From positions 94,717 through 144,171 of the forward strand of contig JAUSGE010000014.1 in NCBI GenBank assembly GCA_030649205.1: a stretch of 49,455 bases of DNA, given 5' to 3'. How positions within the stretch are numbered: position 1 is the stretch's first letter; each line of letters begins with the position of its first letter. The stretch is from a bacterium (GTDB lineage: Bacteria > Patescibacteriota > Patescibacteriia > Patescibacteriales > GWC2-42-12). The notes under the pieces are model-generated. The model did not search any database, was not told where the DNA came from, and worked only from the letters and a program-made list of their open reading frames with translations. The translations under genes were made by a program, and so were the position numbers. Shown here in pieces: positions 9,681 through 17,956 of this stretch.

Positions 9681-10751
9681 ATGAAAATAAAACCGTTAAA
9701 AATTAAAACACCTAAAGGCATAAGATTGATCGGCCCGGGCCAGCCGGTTTTTATCATCGCCGAAATGTCTGGCAACCATAACCAGGACATTGATCAGGCT
9801 TATAAAATTATTGACGCGGCTATTGAGGCGGGAGCCGATGCCGTAAAAATGCAAACTTATACCGCTGATACCATAACCATTGATTGCGATAACGAATATT
9901 TTCAAGTCAAAGCAAATGATGCTTGGAAAGGCCAGACTCTTTACAGTTTGTATAAGAAAGCTTATACGCCATGGGAATGGCAGGCTAAATTAAAAAAATA
10001 CGGCGAAGCCAAAGGAATTTTAGTTTTTTCCACGCCGTTTGACGCGACGGCCGTGGATTTTTTAGAAAAATTGAATGTCGCAATCTATAAAGTGGCTTCG
10101 TTTGAAGTGGTCGATATACCGTTGCTTAAAAAAATTGGGCAAACAAAAAAACCGGTAATTATGTCGCGGGGTATGGCCTCGGTGGAAGAAATAAAATTTG
10201 CGATTAAAACATTGATAGAAAATGGTTGTCCGCAGGTGGCAATTTTACATTGTGTCAGCGGCTACCCGGCAAAACCGGAAGAAATGAATTTAGCCACCAT
10301 TGCCGATATTCGCAAAAGATTTAAAGTTATTGCCGGTTTATCCGACCATACTTTGGGCATAACAAGTTCAATCGCTGCCGCGGCATTAGGCGCGTCAATT
10401 ATTGAAAAACATTTAACGATTAAACGCTCCGCCGGCGGTCCGGACGCCGGCTTTTCTCTTGAGCCGGATGAATTTAAAAATTTAGCTCGAGCGGTGCGTG
10501 AAGCCGAACAAGCCATAGGCCGAGCGGCTTATGGCGCTGGCAAAAAAGAAGCGGCAAACATAATTTTCAGAAAATCTTTATTTGTTGTGAGCGATATGAA
10601 AAAAGGTGAAAAATTTAATCCCCAAAATGTTCGTTCTATTCGCCCCGGTAACGGCCTGGCGCCGAAATATTTTGACCGGGTTATCGGCCAAACCGCCAAA
10701 GAAAATATCGCCCGAGGCACGCCTTTAAGCCGGCGCTTGGTAAAAAGATAA
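9681..10751 (+). CDS. pseI: Pseudaminic acid synthase
   Basis: FIIAEMSGNHN, KMQTYTADT, AYTPWEW, FSTPFD, KVASFE, GLSDHTLG, IEKH, C-terminal SAF domain. Confidence 0.92.
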   Translation: MKIKPLKIKTPKGIRLIGPGQPVFIIAEMSGNHNQDIDQAYKIIDAAIEAGADAVKMQTYTADTITIDCDNEYFQVKANDAWKGQTLYSLYKKAYTPWEWQAKLKKYGEAKGILVFSTPFDATAVDFLEKLNVAIYKVASFEVVDIPLLKKIGQTKKPVIMSRGMASVEEIKFAIKTLIENGCPQVAILHCVSGYPAKPEEMNLATIADIRKRFKVIAGLSDHTLGITSSIAAAALGASIIEKHLTIKRSAGGPDAGFSLEPDEFKNLARAVREAEQAIGRAAYGAGKKEAANIIFRKSLFVVSDMKKGEKFNPQNVRSIRPGNGLAPKYFDRVIGQTAKENIARGTPLSRRLVKR

Positions 10752-10752
10752 T

Positions 10753-11805
10753 ATGCCGGAAAATAAATTTAAAATAGCAAAAGCCGAAGCAGGCGATGCT
10801 AAAGCGATTTGGCTGATTAGAAATAGCCGGCCGGTAAGGAAAAATTCCCTAACTGGCAAAGCCATAGATTTTAAGAGCCATAAGGCTTGGTTTGCAAATA
10901 AATATTTTAATCGTCCCGTAAATCATTGTTTTGTATTGAAAGAAAAAAAAGGGATAATCGGCTACTGCCGCTTTGATTTATGTAAAAATAAGTATGTCGT
11001 ATCAATCGCGGTTGGCCCGTCTTATCATGGCTCTGGGTTTGGCGATAGGCTGTTAAGCCGAGCGGTTGAATTCGTTGAAGCAAATAAGGAAATTATCGCG
11101 GAAATAAAGCTGAAAAATTTACAGTCAATAAAGTTATTTCAAAAAAACGGCTTTGAAATTTATCGGCAGGACAAAGAAATATTCCATTTAAAGCTCAATC
11201 GGCAAAAAAATAGTTTTTATAAAGACGCGGTTAAGCTATATTATCTTTTGCTGAAACAACCGCCGCGAAAGAGCCAGGCGATTATCTGGCCGCAAGGCGA
11301 TAGATATGACCGCGGCCGGAAGGTATTGGAGCTCTATCAGAGGAAATGGGCGCCGATAATTGCCATAACCGGCAACAATGCCTTAATTGGCGAAAATGAC
11401 AGAGCGGAAGAAAAAAATATATCAGTTGAAAGAATGGCAAGCTGGCTTATACGCCGCGGAGTAAGCCAGCAAGATATTATTATAGATAAAAATTCGTTAA
11501 ATACTAAAGAGCAGGCAGGAAATATAATGAATTTAGCAAAAAGCAAGAAGTATAAAAGCATAATTCTGGTTGGCTCGGCCTATTACCAGCCGCGGGCGTT
11601 TTTAACTTTTTTGAAATCCGCGGCAATAAGCGGGTGGCAAGGCAGAATTATCAATCAGCCGGCCGTTATGCCCTGGAATAAAGTGCCGGGCGGGAGAAAA
11701 AAATTTGTTTGGCAGTATTTTATGGAAGAGATGGAAAAGATTAGTAAATATAAGAAAGATTTGGTTAACATTAGACAGGGGATCAAGAATTTAACAAAAG
11801 CATAG
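10753..11805 (+). CDS. GNAT acetyltransferase (PseH-like) fused to a DUF218/YdcF/ElyC-like domain
   Basis: N-terminal IRNSRPVRKNS..IDFKSHKAWF..IGYCRFD..NLQSIKLFQKNGF; C-terminal DRYDR..IAITG..SLNTKEQA..ILVGSAYYQPRA. Confidence 0.7.
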   Translation: MPENKFKIAKAEAGDAKAIWLIRNSRPVRKNSLTGKAIDFKSHKAWFANKYFNRPVNHCFVLKEKKGIIGYCRFDLCKNKYVVSIAVGPSYHGSGFGDRLLSRAVEFVEANKEIIAEIKLKNLQSIKLFQKNGFEIYRQDKEIFHLKLNRQKNSFYKDAVKLYYLLLKQPPRKSQAIIWPQGDRYDRGRKVLELYQRKWAPIIAITGNNALIGENDRAEEKNISVERMASWLIRRGVSQQDIIIDKNSLNTKEQAGNIMNLAKSKKYKSIILVGSAYYQPRAFLTFLKSAAISGWQGRIINQPAVMPWNKVPGGRKKFVWQYFMEEMEKISKYKKDLVNIRQGIKNLTKA

Positions 11806-11810
11806 AAAAT

Positions 11811-13178
11811 TTACATGCCTTTTTGGCTTAAAACGGTGGCGATGGTTTTTAAAATTATTGACAGGTCTAAAAACAAGGATCTGTTTTTTATATAGAAGAG
11901 ATCGTATTGCAGTTTCTTTAAACTGTCCGCCGGCGAAGGCGAATGGTATTCGCCGGAAATTTGGTCCGGACCGGTCAAGCCGGGTTTGACCAAAGTTCTT
12001 TGGCCGTAAAAAGGGATAAGTTTTTCTAAATTGGCGGCTAATTCAGGCCGTTCCGGGCGCGGGCCCACGAAGCTCATTTCATGCTTTAGGATATTGATTA
12101 CCTGCGGCAGTTCGTCAATTCTGGTTTTTCTTAAGATATTGCCGAATTTGGTAATGCGCGCGTCGGCCGCCTGAGTGGGCGAGCGGTCATTGTTTTCTTC
12201 TTTCATGGTCCGAAATTTGATCAGCCGGAAAATTTTATTGTCGCGCCCCGATCGCTCCATAATAAAAAATGCCGGACCGCGGCTTTCCAGTTTGATAATG
12301 GCCGCGATCGCCAGCCAAAAGGGGAGAGTAATAATCAAAATAATCAGCGCCAGAATAAAATCGTAAATTAACTTTACGCGGTCAAACCACAATTTAGCGC
12401 TTTCATTCAGATTTTCCAAAAACCACATTTGATTAACCGTGTCCAAAGGAATTCTGCCGGTAATGGTTTCGTAAAAATTCGGCAGGCTGACATAGTTAAT
12501 TCGGTAGGGCAGGCAGTTAAATAAGGCGGTTCTTAAAGTTTCCGACTGGTGCGGGTCATGGGATAAAACAATCATATCAAGCTTATGGCCGGAGATTAGT
12601 TTTTCCAGATCGGCGATTGGCTTGATGTCCTGCCCGTCCGGCAGACAGGCGGTTTGCTCAGCCGTTTTATCGTCAACTATAAAACTTATGTTAAAACCCA
12701 GATGCGGCTTTTGCCTGAACTCCGCGATAATTTCCCGAACCAGATTGTTATAACCGACAATGCCGATGTTTATTTTCGGCAAGTATGATTTTAACGACCA
12801 GTTGTAAAAATGGCGCCAAAGATAAAATAAGGCGGAAAAAATTATGATATAAAGAAACAAATTTGTTTTTGGCGCGATGCCAACGCCGGGAATTAAGTAG
12901 AAAAAGGCTACCGAGGCCAAGGCCGCGACGGCTAGCGCCCGGCCGCCTAATTGATAAAATTTGGAATTATTCACCGCCAGGTTTAGATTGTAAAGATTTG
13001 AAATATAAAAAATTATCAGCCATAAAAAGAAAATCGCGGTGAACGGCCAAAAATGCGCCGCCCAGATTTCGGCCTTGTAGCTGCCCCAATACCTGGCCGT
13101 TAAAGTTAAATATAGGGTAAAATAAAGGACAATTATATCGCCGGCGATTAGCGTAAATTTTTTGACATTATTATTCAT
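11811..13178 (-). CDS. Polyprenyl-phosphate glycosylphosphotransferase (WcaJ/CpsE-like initiating sugar transferase)
   Basis: N-terminal TM helices; KFRTM, LRKTRIDELPQ, MSFVGPRPE, VKPGLTG, YDLFYIKN. Confidence 0.9.
   Translation of the reverse strand: MNNNVKKFTLIAGDIIVLYFTLYLTLTARYWGSYKAEIWAAHFWPFTAIFFLWLIIFYISNLYNLNLAVNNSKFYQLGGRALAVAALASVAFFYLIPGVGIAPKTNLFLYIIIFSALFYLWRHFYNWSLKSYLPKINIGIVGYNNLVREIIAEFRQKPHLGFNISFIVDDKTAEQTACLPDGQDIKPIADLEKLISGHKLDMIVLSHDPHQSETLRTALFNCLPYRINYVSLPNFYETITGRIPLDTVNQMWFLENLNESAKLWFDRVKLIYDFILALIILIITLPFWLAIAAIIKLESRGPAFFIMERSGRDNKIFRLIKFRTMKEENNDRSPTQAADARITKFGNILRKTRIDELPQVINILKHEMSFVGPRPERPELAANLEKLIPFYGQRTLVKPGLTGPDQISGEYHSPSPADSLKKLQYDLFYIKNRSLFLDLSIILKTIATVLSQKGM
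12629..12652. repeat. Short palindromic REP-like unit inserted in-frame in the sugar transferase gene
   Basis: CCTGCCCGTCCGGCAGACAGGCGG; encodes TACLPDGQ in a linker. Confidence 0.55.
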
Positions 13179-13184
13179 GAAAAT

Positions 13185-13213
13185 ATAATACTAATTTTAG
13201 AGTAAAAAGTCAA
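13185..13213 (-). promoter_or_regulatory. Sigma70-type promoter for the sugar transferase (leaderless-type)
   Basis: Minus strand TTGACT-17nt-TATTAT, 6 nt upstream of ATG 13178. Confidence 0.55.
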
Positions 13214-13215
13214 AT

Positions 13216-13254
13216 GACGTTGGACGTCGGACGTCCGATTGGACGTCCGACGTC
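13216..13254. repeat. GACGTCGGACGTCC palindromic repeat family (also 26991-27015, 42130-42160)
   Basis: GACGTCGGACGTCCgattGGACGTCCGACGTC. Confidence 0.75.
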
Positions 13255-13274
13255 TTTTGAGCTATAATATTTTT

Positions 13275-14294
13275 ATGAAAACCCATAAAAATAAACTCAA
13301 CTGGCCCATCGTCGGCAACAGTCATATTTTTGATTTTTTAGAAAAAAGTTTGGCCAATAAGAAGGTTGCCGGGAGCTATATTTTTACCGGTCCGGCCAAT
13401 ATCGGTAAAACTACGGCCGCTTATTTTTTTGCGCGCAGCTTGGTTTGCGAAGCTGAAGGCGCGCCGGCTCTGCCTTGCGGCCAGTGCCCGGCCTGCTTGG
13501 CCGCGGCCAAAGGAATCCATAGCGACATTTATTTAATAAAAAAACCGGCTGATAAAAAAAATATTTCCATTGATCAGGTCAGGGATTTTATCAGAAGCCT
13601 AAGCTTGAGCTCATTTTTAAATTCATATAAAATCGGCATTATAAAGGGCGCGGAAAATTTGAGCGAAGGCGCGGTTAACGCTTTGCTCAAAACTTTGGAA
13701 GAGCCGAAGATTAAGGTGGTGATAATTTTGACCGCCGCCGACATTGATGTTTTGCCAAAAACTATTTTATCGCGCAGCCAGATTTTAAATTTTTCGCCGG
13801 TTAAGAGCGCCGCGATTTACGACGATTTGATTAAAAATTATCAGGCCCAGAGGAGCCAGGCCAAGAATTTTTCGCGCTTGGCGGCCGGCCGGCCGGCTCT
13901 GGCAATAAAATTTTTGCAAAACCGTGAATATTATGAAGATTATCAGCGGCTGGCGCGATCGTTTATCGGGCTGTTAAGCCCTGACATCAACTCGCGCTTC
14001 AGCGCCATTGAAAATATCATCGGCAAGGAAGCGAGCGGGCAGGAGGCGGTAAAACTGGCTTTGGGCGCGCTTCAGGTTTGGCAAAATTTAGCCAGGGATT
14101 TGATGCTCCTGGATTTGAATCTGGCCGATTTGGCCCAGCATGAAGCTTTCGCCGAAGAATTGTCCGCGGCCAAAGGCAGATTTAACCTAAAATCGCTATT
14201 AAGCCTAATTAATGTTTTAAAGCAAAGCCGAGACTATTTGGCGGCCAACGTTAATCCCAGGCTGGCGCTGGAGAATGTGGCGGTGAGTTTTTAA
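13275..14294 (+). CDS. holB: DNA polymerase III subunit delta'
   Basis: YIFTGPANIGKT, C-x8-CGQCPAC zinc module, ISIDQVR, NALLKTLEEP, TILSR; ATG start chosen 6 nt after TATAAT. Confidence 0.9.
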   Translation: MKTHKNKLNWPIVGNSHIFDFLEKSLANKKVAGSYIFTGPANIGKTTAAYFFARSLVCEAEGAPALPCGQCPACLAAAKGIHSDIYLIKKPADKKNISIDQVRDFIRSLSLSSFLNSYKIGIIKGAENLSEGAVNALLKTLEEPKIKVVIILTAADIDVLPKTILSRSQILNFSPVKSAAIYDDLIKNYQAQRSQAKNFSRLAAGRPALAIKFLQNREYYEDYQRLARSFIGLLSPDINSRFSAIENIIGKEASGQEAVKLALGALQVWQNLARDLMLLDLNLADLAQHEAFAEELSAAKGRFNLKSLLSLINVLKQSRDYLAANVNPRLALENVAVSF

Positions 14295-14296
14295 CA

Positions 14297-14401
14297 TGTC
14301 ATTGCGAGCGTAGCGAAGCAATCTCACGGATGGAAAGTTTAAATTAAAGTTTTTTGTTCGTGAGATTGCTTCGCCCCGCATCCGCGGGGCTCGCAATGAC
14401 A
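14297..14401. repeat. RPE/REP-like doublet, family A (TGTCATTGCGAG...GCAATCTC / GAGATTGC...CTCGCAATGACA)
   Basis: Terminal inverted repeats; copies at 16064, 17422, 25954, 34956, 39922 and a half copy at 23191. Confidence 0.9.
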
Positions 14402-14409
14402 AATAATAT

Positions 14410-15489
14410 ATGCCAATAAAAAAATTTAAAATTATTTTTTTAGCCTTAATGCTGACTTTAGTCTTGTCCGGCTGCGGCCTAACGGTCAATACCGGCAGCA
14501 ATATCGGCGTTGGCGCCGGCGGAGCGACTGACGGCGGCATCTATCAGTCGGTTGATAAAGGAACCACCTGGCAGCAGAAAACTTTGATTCAAAGCGTCGG
14601 CGCCAGCAGGAGTTTCGCATCCGTTGATATCGCCTCTTTGGCCTTTGATCCGGGCGATAGCCAGGCAATTTACGCCGGTAGTTTGGATAATGGCTTATTT
14701 TTTAGCTACAACAGCGGAGATAGCTGGCAAATAGCCGCTAGTTTGGGAAAAATCAGCGTGGCCGCTATTGCCATAGATCCGGCGGATAAGTGCGTTATTT
14801 ATGCCGCCGCCGCTAACAAAGTCTATAAATCAGCTGATTGCAATCGCAGCTGGTCGCAGGCTTATTTTGATAATGATCTGCAAGCAAAAATAACCTCGCT
14901 GGCCATAGATAGTTTTTCCAGCGCCAATATTTTCATCGGCACTTCGCGCGGCGATATAATAAAAAGTTCGGACCGAGGCTTAAGCTGGCGGGTGGCGGGC
15001 AGATTGGACAGCCAAGTGGAAAAAATCGTAATTAGCCCGGCCGGCGGCAAGGCGGTGTTTGCCGGCACAGTTTCCCAAGGCCTGTTCCGCTCTCTTGATG
15101 GCGGCGCGACTTGGGCGAGCTTGTCGGATAAATTAAAAAATTTCGGCGATAGCCAGCGCTTTCGCGATTTGGTTATGGTAAAGAAAGAAAAGACCGAAAT
15201 ATTTTTAGCCAATAACTATGGCTTGATAAAATCAACCGACGGAGGCAATGCCTGGTCCAGCATAGCGCTGTTGACTCCGCAGCAGCGAGCCAGAATCAAT
15301 ACAATCGCGGTTAACCCTAATAATACCGCGGAGATTTATTACGCAACCGACACGACCTTTTATCGTTCTTTGGATGGGGGTAAAAATTGGTCCGCGAAAA
15401 AATTGCCCACCAACCGCGCCGGCTGGCGGCTCTTGCTTGATCAGAAAAATCCGAGTATTATATATTTGGCGGCTAAAAGTTTAAAATAA
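14410..15489 (+). CDS. Lipoprotein with BNR/Asp-box beta-propeller (YCF48-like)
   Basis: Lipobox LSGC; repeated SxDxGxxW Asp-boxes. Confidence 0.8.
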   Translation: MPIKKFKIIFLALMLTLVLSGCGLTVNTGSNIGVGAGGATDGGIYQSVDKGTTWQQKTLIQSVGASRSFASVDIASLAFDPGDSQAIYAGSLDNGLFFSYNSGDSWQIAASLGKISVAAIAIDPADKCVIYAAAANKVYKSADCNRSWSQAYFDNDLQAKITSLAIDSFSSANIFIGTSRGDIIKSSDRGLSWRVAGRLDSQVEKIVISPAGGKAVFAGTVSQGLFRSLDGGATWASLSDKLKNFGDSQRFRDLVMVKKEKTEIFLANNYGLIKSTDGGNAWSSIALLTPQQRARINTIAVNPNNTAEIYYATDTTFYRSLDGGKNWSAKKLPTNRAGWRLLLDQKNPSIIYLAAKSLK

Positions 15490-15502
15490 TGATCTAAAAA
15501 AT

Positions 15503-16057
15503 ATGAATCAATACATCCAAGCAAAACAAAATGATTTTAGTAAAATTATTGATTTTTTTAAGAAAGACATCGCCGGCTTGCGCACCGGCCGGGCCAATCC
15601 GGGGATTTTGGACGGAATTTTAGTGGAAGCGTATGGCGCCAAAACTCCTTTGGTTGGATTGGCTTCAATCAGCGTGCCGGAAGCCCGCAGTATTTTAGTA
15701 GCGCCATGGGATAAAACTACCGCCAAAGACATAGAAAAAGCCATTGTAGCCGCCAACTTGGGAATCAATCCGGTCAATGAAGGCGATAAAATCAGGCTGG
15801 TGGTGCCGCAATTAACCGAAGAAAACCGCAAAGAACTGGTAAAAAAATTAAACGAAAAAATGGAAACAGCCAGAATTGCTTTGCGCCAGACGCGCGATGA
15901 GATTAAGGAGTCAATTGAAGAGGCGTTTAAAAGCAAAAATTTGAGCGAGGACGATAAATTCAGGTTTATCAAGGAGCTGGACGAAGAAATTTCCCGCCAG
16001 AACGATGAACTGAAAAAAACCAAAGATAAAAAAGAAGAAGAGATTATGACGATCTAG
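15503..16057 (+). CDS. frr: Ribosome recycling factor
   Basis: LRTGRANP, VEAYG, PQLTEENRKELVK, KEEEIM. Confidence 0.96.
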   Translation: MNQYIQAKQNDFSKIIDFFKKDIAGLRTGRANPGILDGILVEAYGAKTPLVGLASISVPEARSILVAPWDKTTAKDIEKAIVAANLGINPVNEGDKIRLVVPQLTEENRKELVKKLNEKMETARIALRQTRDEIKESIEEAFKSKNLSEDDKFRFIKELDEEISRQNDELKKTKDKKEEEIMTI

Positions 16058-16063
16058 ATCCGC

Positions 16064-16204
16064 TGTCATTGCGAGCCCCGCGGATGCGGGGCGAAGCCAT
16101 GGCTATGCCAGATCTGGCGTAGCCAGACAATCTCTGGTTCAACGGCATGTCTGTGGATTTTTACCGGAGATTGCTTTGGTCGCCGAAGCTCCCTCGCAAT
16201 GACA
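16064..16204. repeat. Family A doublet with nested AGATCT-centred palindrome
   Basis: TGTCATTGCGAG...CTCGCAATGACA ends; insert GGCTATGCCAGATCTGGCGTAGCC. Confidence 0.88.
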
Positions 16205-16250
16205 ATTCAGTTTCATTTAATCTTAACAAATTTCGCTTAATATAGTTAAT

Positions 16251-17414
16251 ATGCTTTTAACCATAATCATTTTCATTCTGGTTCTGTCCGTCTTGGTTTT
16301 CGCCCATGAGCTCGGCCATTTTATGATGGCGCGGCGCTTTGGCGTTAAGGCCGAGGAATTTGGTTTTGGTTTTCCGCCGCGCGCTTTCGGCATTTATAAA
16401 AACGCGGCCGGCCAATGGAAATTAGTTTGGGGAGCGAAAGAAGTGGCTGACGCGCCAGGCACGGTTTACTCAATCAACTGGCTGCCTTTGGGCGGATTTG
16501 TAAAAATCAAGGGGGAAAACGGCGATCAGAAAAATGAGCCGGATAGTTTTGCCTGCCGCCCGGTTTGGCAAAGGGCGGTTATTCTTTCCGCTGGCGTAAT
16601 CATGAACGTTATTTTAGCCTCGGTCCTGATTATTTCCGGCTACCTGGCGGGTTTGCCGCAAGCTTTGGATAATGGCATTGATCCGCGAGCTAATGTCAGA
16701 GATCAAAAAATTCAGATTGTCCAGGTTATTAAAGATTCCCCGGCTTCGGCGGCTGGTTTGCGGATTGGCGATGCAATATTAAGCATTGACAGCCAGCAGT
16801 TCTTGAACTTCGGCCAATTGCAAGCATACGTCGGTTCCAAAGCCGGGCAACAGCTTGATTATAAAATAAAGCGCGGCCGCGATGAGTTTAATGAAAAAAT
16901 TACTCCCGTAATAATCAAAGAAACCGGCCGTGGCGGCATCGGCATCGCTTTGAGCCAAACCGGCGTGGTCAGTTATCCTTGGTATTTGGCAATTTGGCAG
17001 GGCTTAATCACGACCTTTAGCTTAGTCTGGGCGATTATTTTGGCATTTTATGAACTGCTTAAGGGTTTGCTCGCCGGCCAGGGCGTGTCCGCTGACTTGG
17101 CCGGGCCGGTCGGCATTGCCGCTATCACCGGCCAGGTGGCGCGGATGGGCTTTATCTACTTAATGCAATTCACGGCTCTCTTGTCAATTAATCTGGCGGT
17201 AATAAATTTTTTTCCTTTTCCGGCGCTGGACGGCGGACGAGTGTTATTTTTAATCATTGAAAAAATCAAGGGTTCGCCGGTTAAAAAAGAAGTGGAAGGC
17301 GCGATCCATAATATCGGCTTCGCCCTGCTGATGGCGCTGGTGCTCTTGGTGACCCTGAAAGATGTTTCAAAATTTGGCGGAATTTTCAAGGCCATTTGGG
17401 ACAAAATATTTTGA
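16251..17414 (+). CDS. rseP: RIP metalloprotease RseP (site-2 protease with PDZ domain)
   Basis: HELGH, LPLGGFVKI, AGVIMN, PDZ domain, NFFPFPALDGG. Confidence 0.94.
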   Translation: MLLTIIIFILVLSVLVFAHELGHFMMARRFGVKAEEFGFGFPPRAFGIYKNAAGQWKLVWGAKEVADAPGTVYSINWLPLGGFVKIKGENGDQKNEPDSFACRPVWQRAVILSAGVIMNVILASVLIISGYLAGLPQALDNGIDPRANVRDQKIQIVQVIKDSPASAAGLRIGDAILSIDSQQFLNFGQLQAYVGSKAGQQLDYKIKRGRDEFNEKITPVIIKETGRGGIGIALSQTGVVSYPWYLAIWQGLITTFSLVWAIILAFYELLKGLLAGQGVSADLAGPVGIAAITGQVARMGFIYLMQFTALLSINLAVINFFPFPALDGGRVLFLIIEKIKGSPVKKEVEGAIHNIGFALLMALVLLVTLKDVSKFGGIFKAIWDKIF

Positions 17415-17421
17415 CATTAAC

Positions 17422-17513
17422 TGTCATTGCGAGGAGCGTAGCGACGAAGCAATCTCTGGTTAAATTCCGAGTATGTGAGATTGCTTCGCTTCTTTCAGTC
17501 GCTCGCAATGACA
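17422..17513. repeat. Family A doublet
   Basis: TGTCATTGCGAGGAGCGTAGCGACGAAGCAATCTC...GAGATTGCTTCG...CTCGCAATGACA. Confidence 0.9.
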
Positions 17514-17523
17514 ATATACGTAT

Positions 17524-17868
17524 ATGCAGCTAAACATCAAAGCCACGAATTTGGAACTGACGCCCAAGCTTAAAGATCATGTTCAGAAAAAAATGGACAT
17601 GCTGGATAAGTATTTGGGCAAGTTTAAAGTGATCAACGCGCGCTTGGAGGTCAGTAAAATCAGCAACCATCATCTTAAAGGCGAAATTTACCGCGCCGAA
17701 GCTAATTTGGCTATTGGCGGCGATTTATTGCGCGTGGCCAAAACGGAAAAAGATTTATTCAAGGCGATTGATAAAGTTAAAGACCATTTGGAGCTGGCGA
17801 TTAGAAAATATAAGGATAAAAAAATTGACCGGAAAAAGAAAGAGCAGAAGCTGGGCGCGCTGATTTAA
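17524..17868 (+). CDS. raiA: Ribosome-associated translation inhibitor / hibernation factor (short RaiA/HPF)
   Basis: MQLNIKATNLELTP, YRAEANL, DLFKAIDKVKDHL; upstream of secA. Confidence 0.88.
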   Translation: MQLNIKATNLELTPKLKDHVQKKMDMLDKYLGKFKVINARLEVSKISNHHLKGEIYRAEANLAIGGDLLRVAKTEKDLFKAIDKVKDHLELAIRKYKDKKIDRKKKEQKLGALI

Positions 17869-17880
17869 TCTAACTTTCTC

Positions 17881-17909
17881 TTGCTTTTTGAGAAGATTGG
17901 CGGTATAAT
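17881..17909 (+). promoter_or_regulatory. Sigma70-type promoter upstream of secA
   Basis: TTGCTT-17nt-TATAAT. Confidence 0.6.
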
Positions 17910-17956
17910 TATTTGTATAATAAATTAATGCCACGCTATAGCGTGTGTTTTATAAT

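Noticed and set aside
13239-13274. Longer N-termini given by the ORF track for holB, secA, mreC, rmlC, NUDIX 23224 and the DUF6922-like gene
   Set aside because: The extensions run through repeats or promoter boxes; downstream ATGs fit better.
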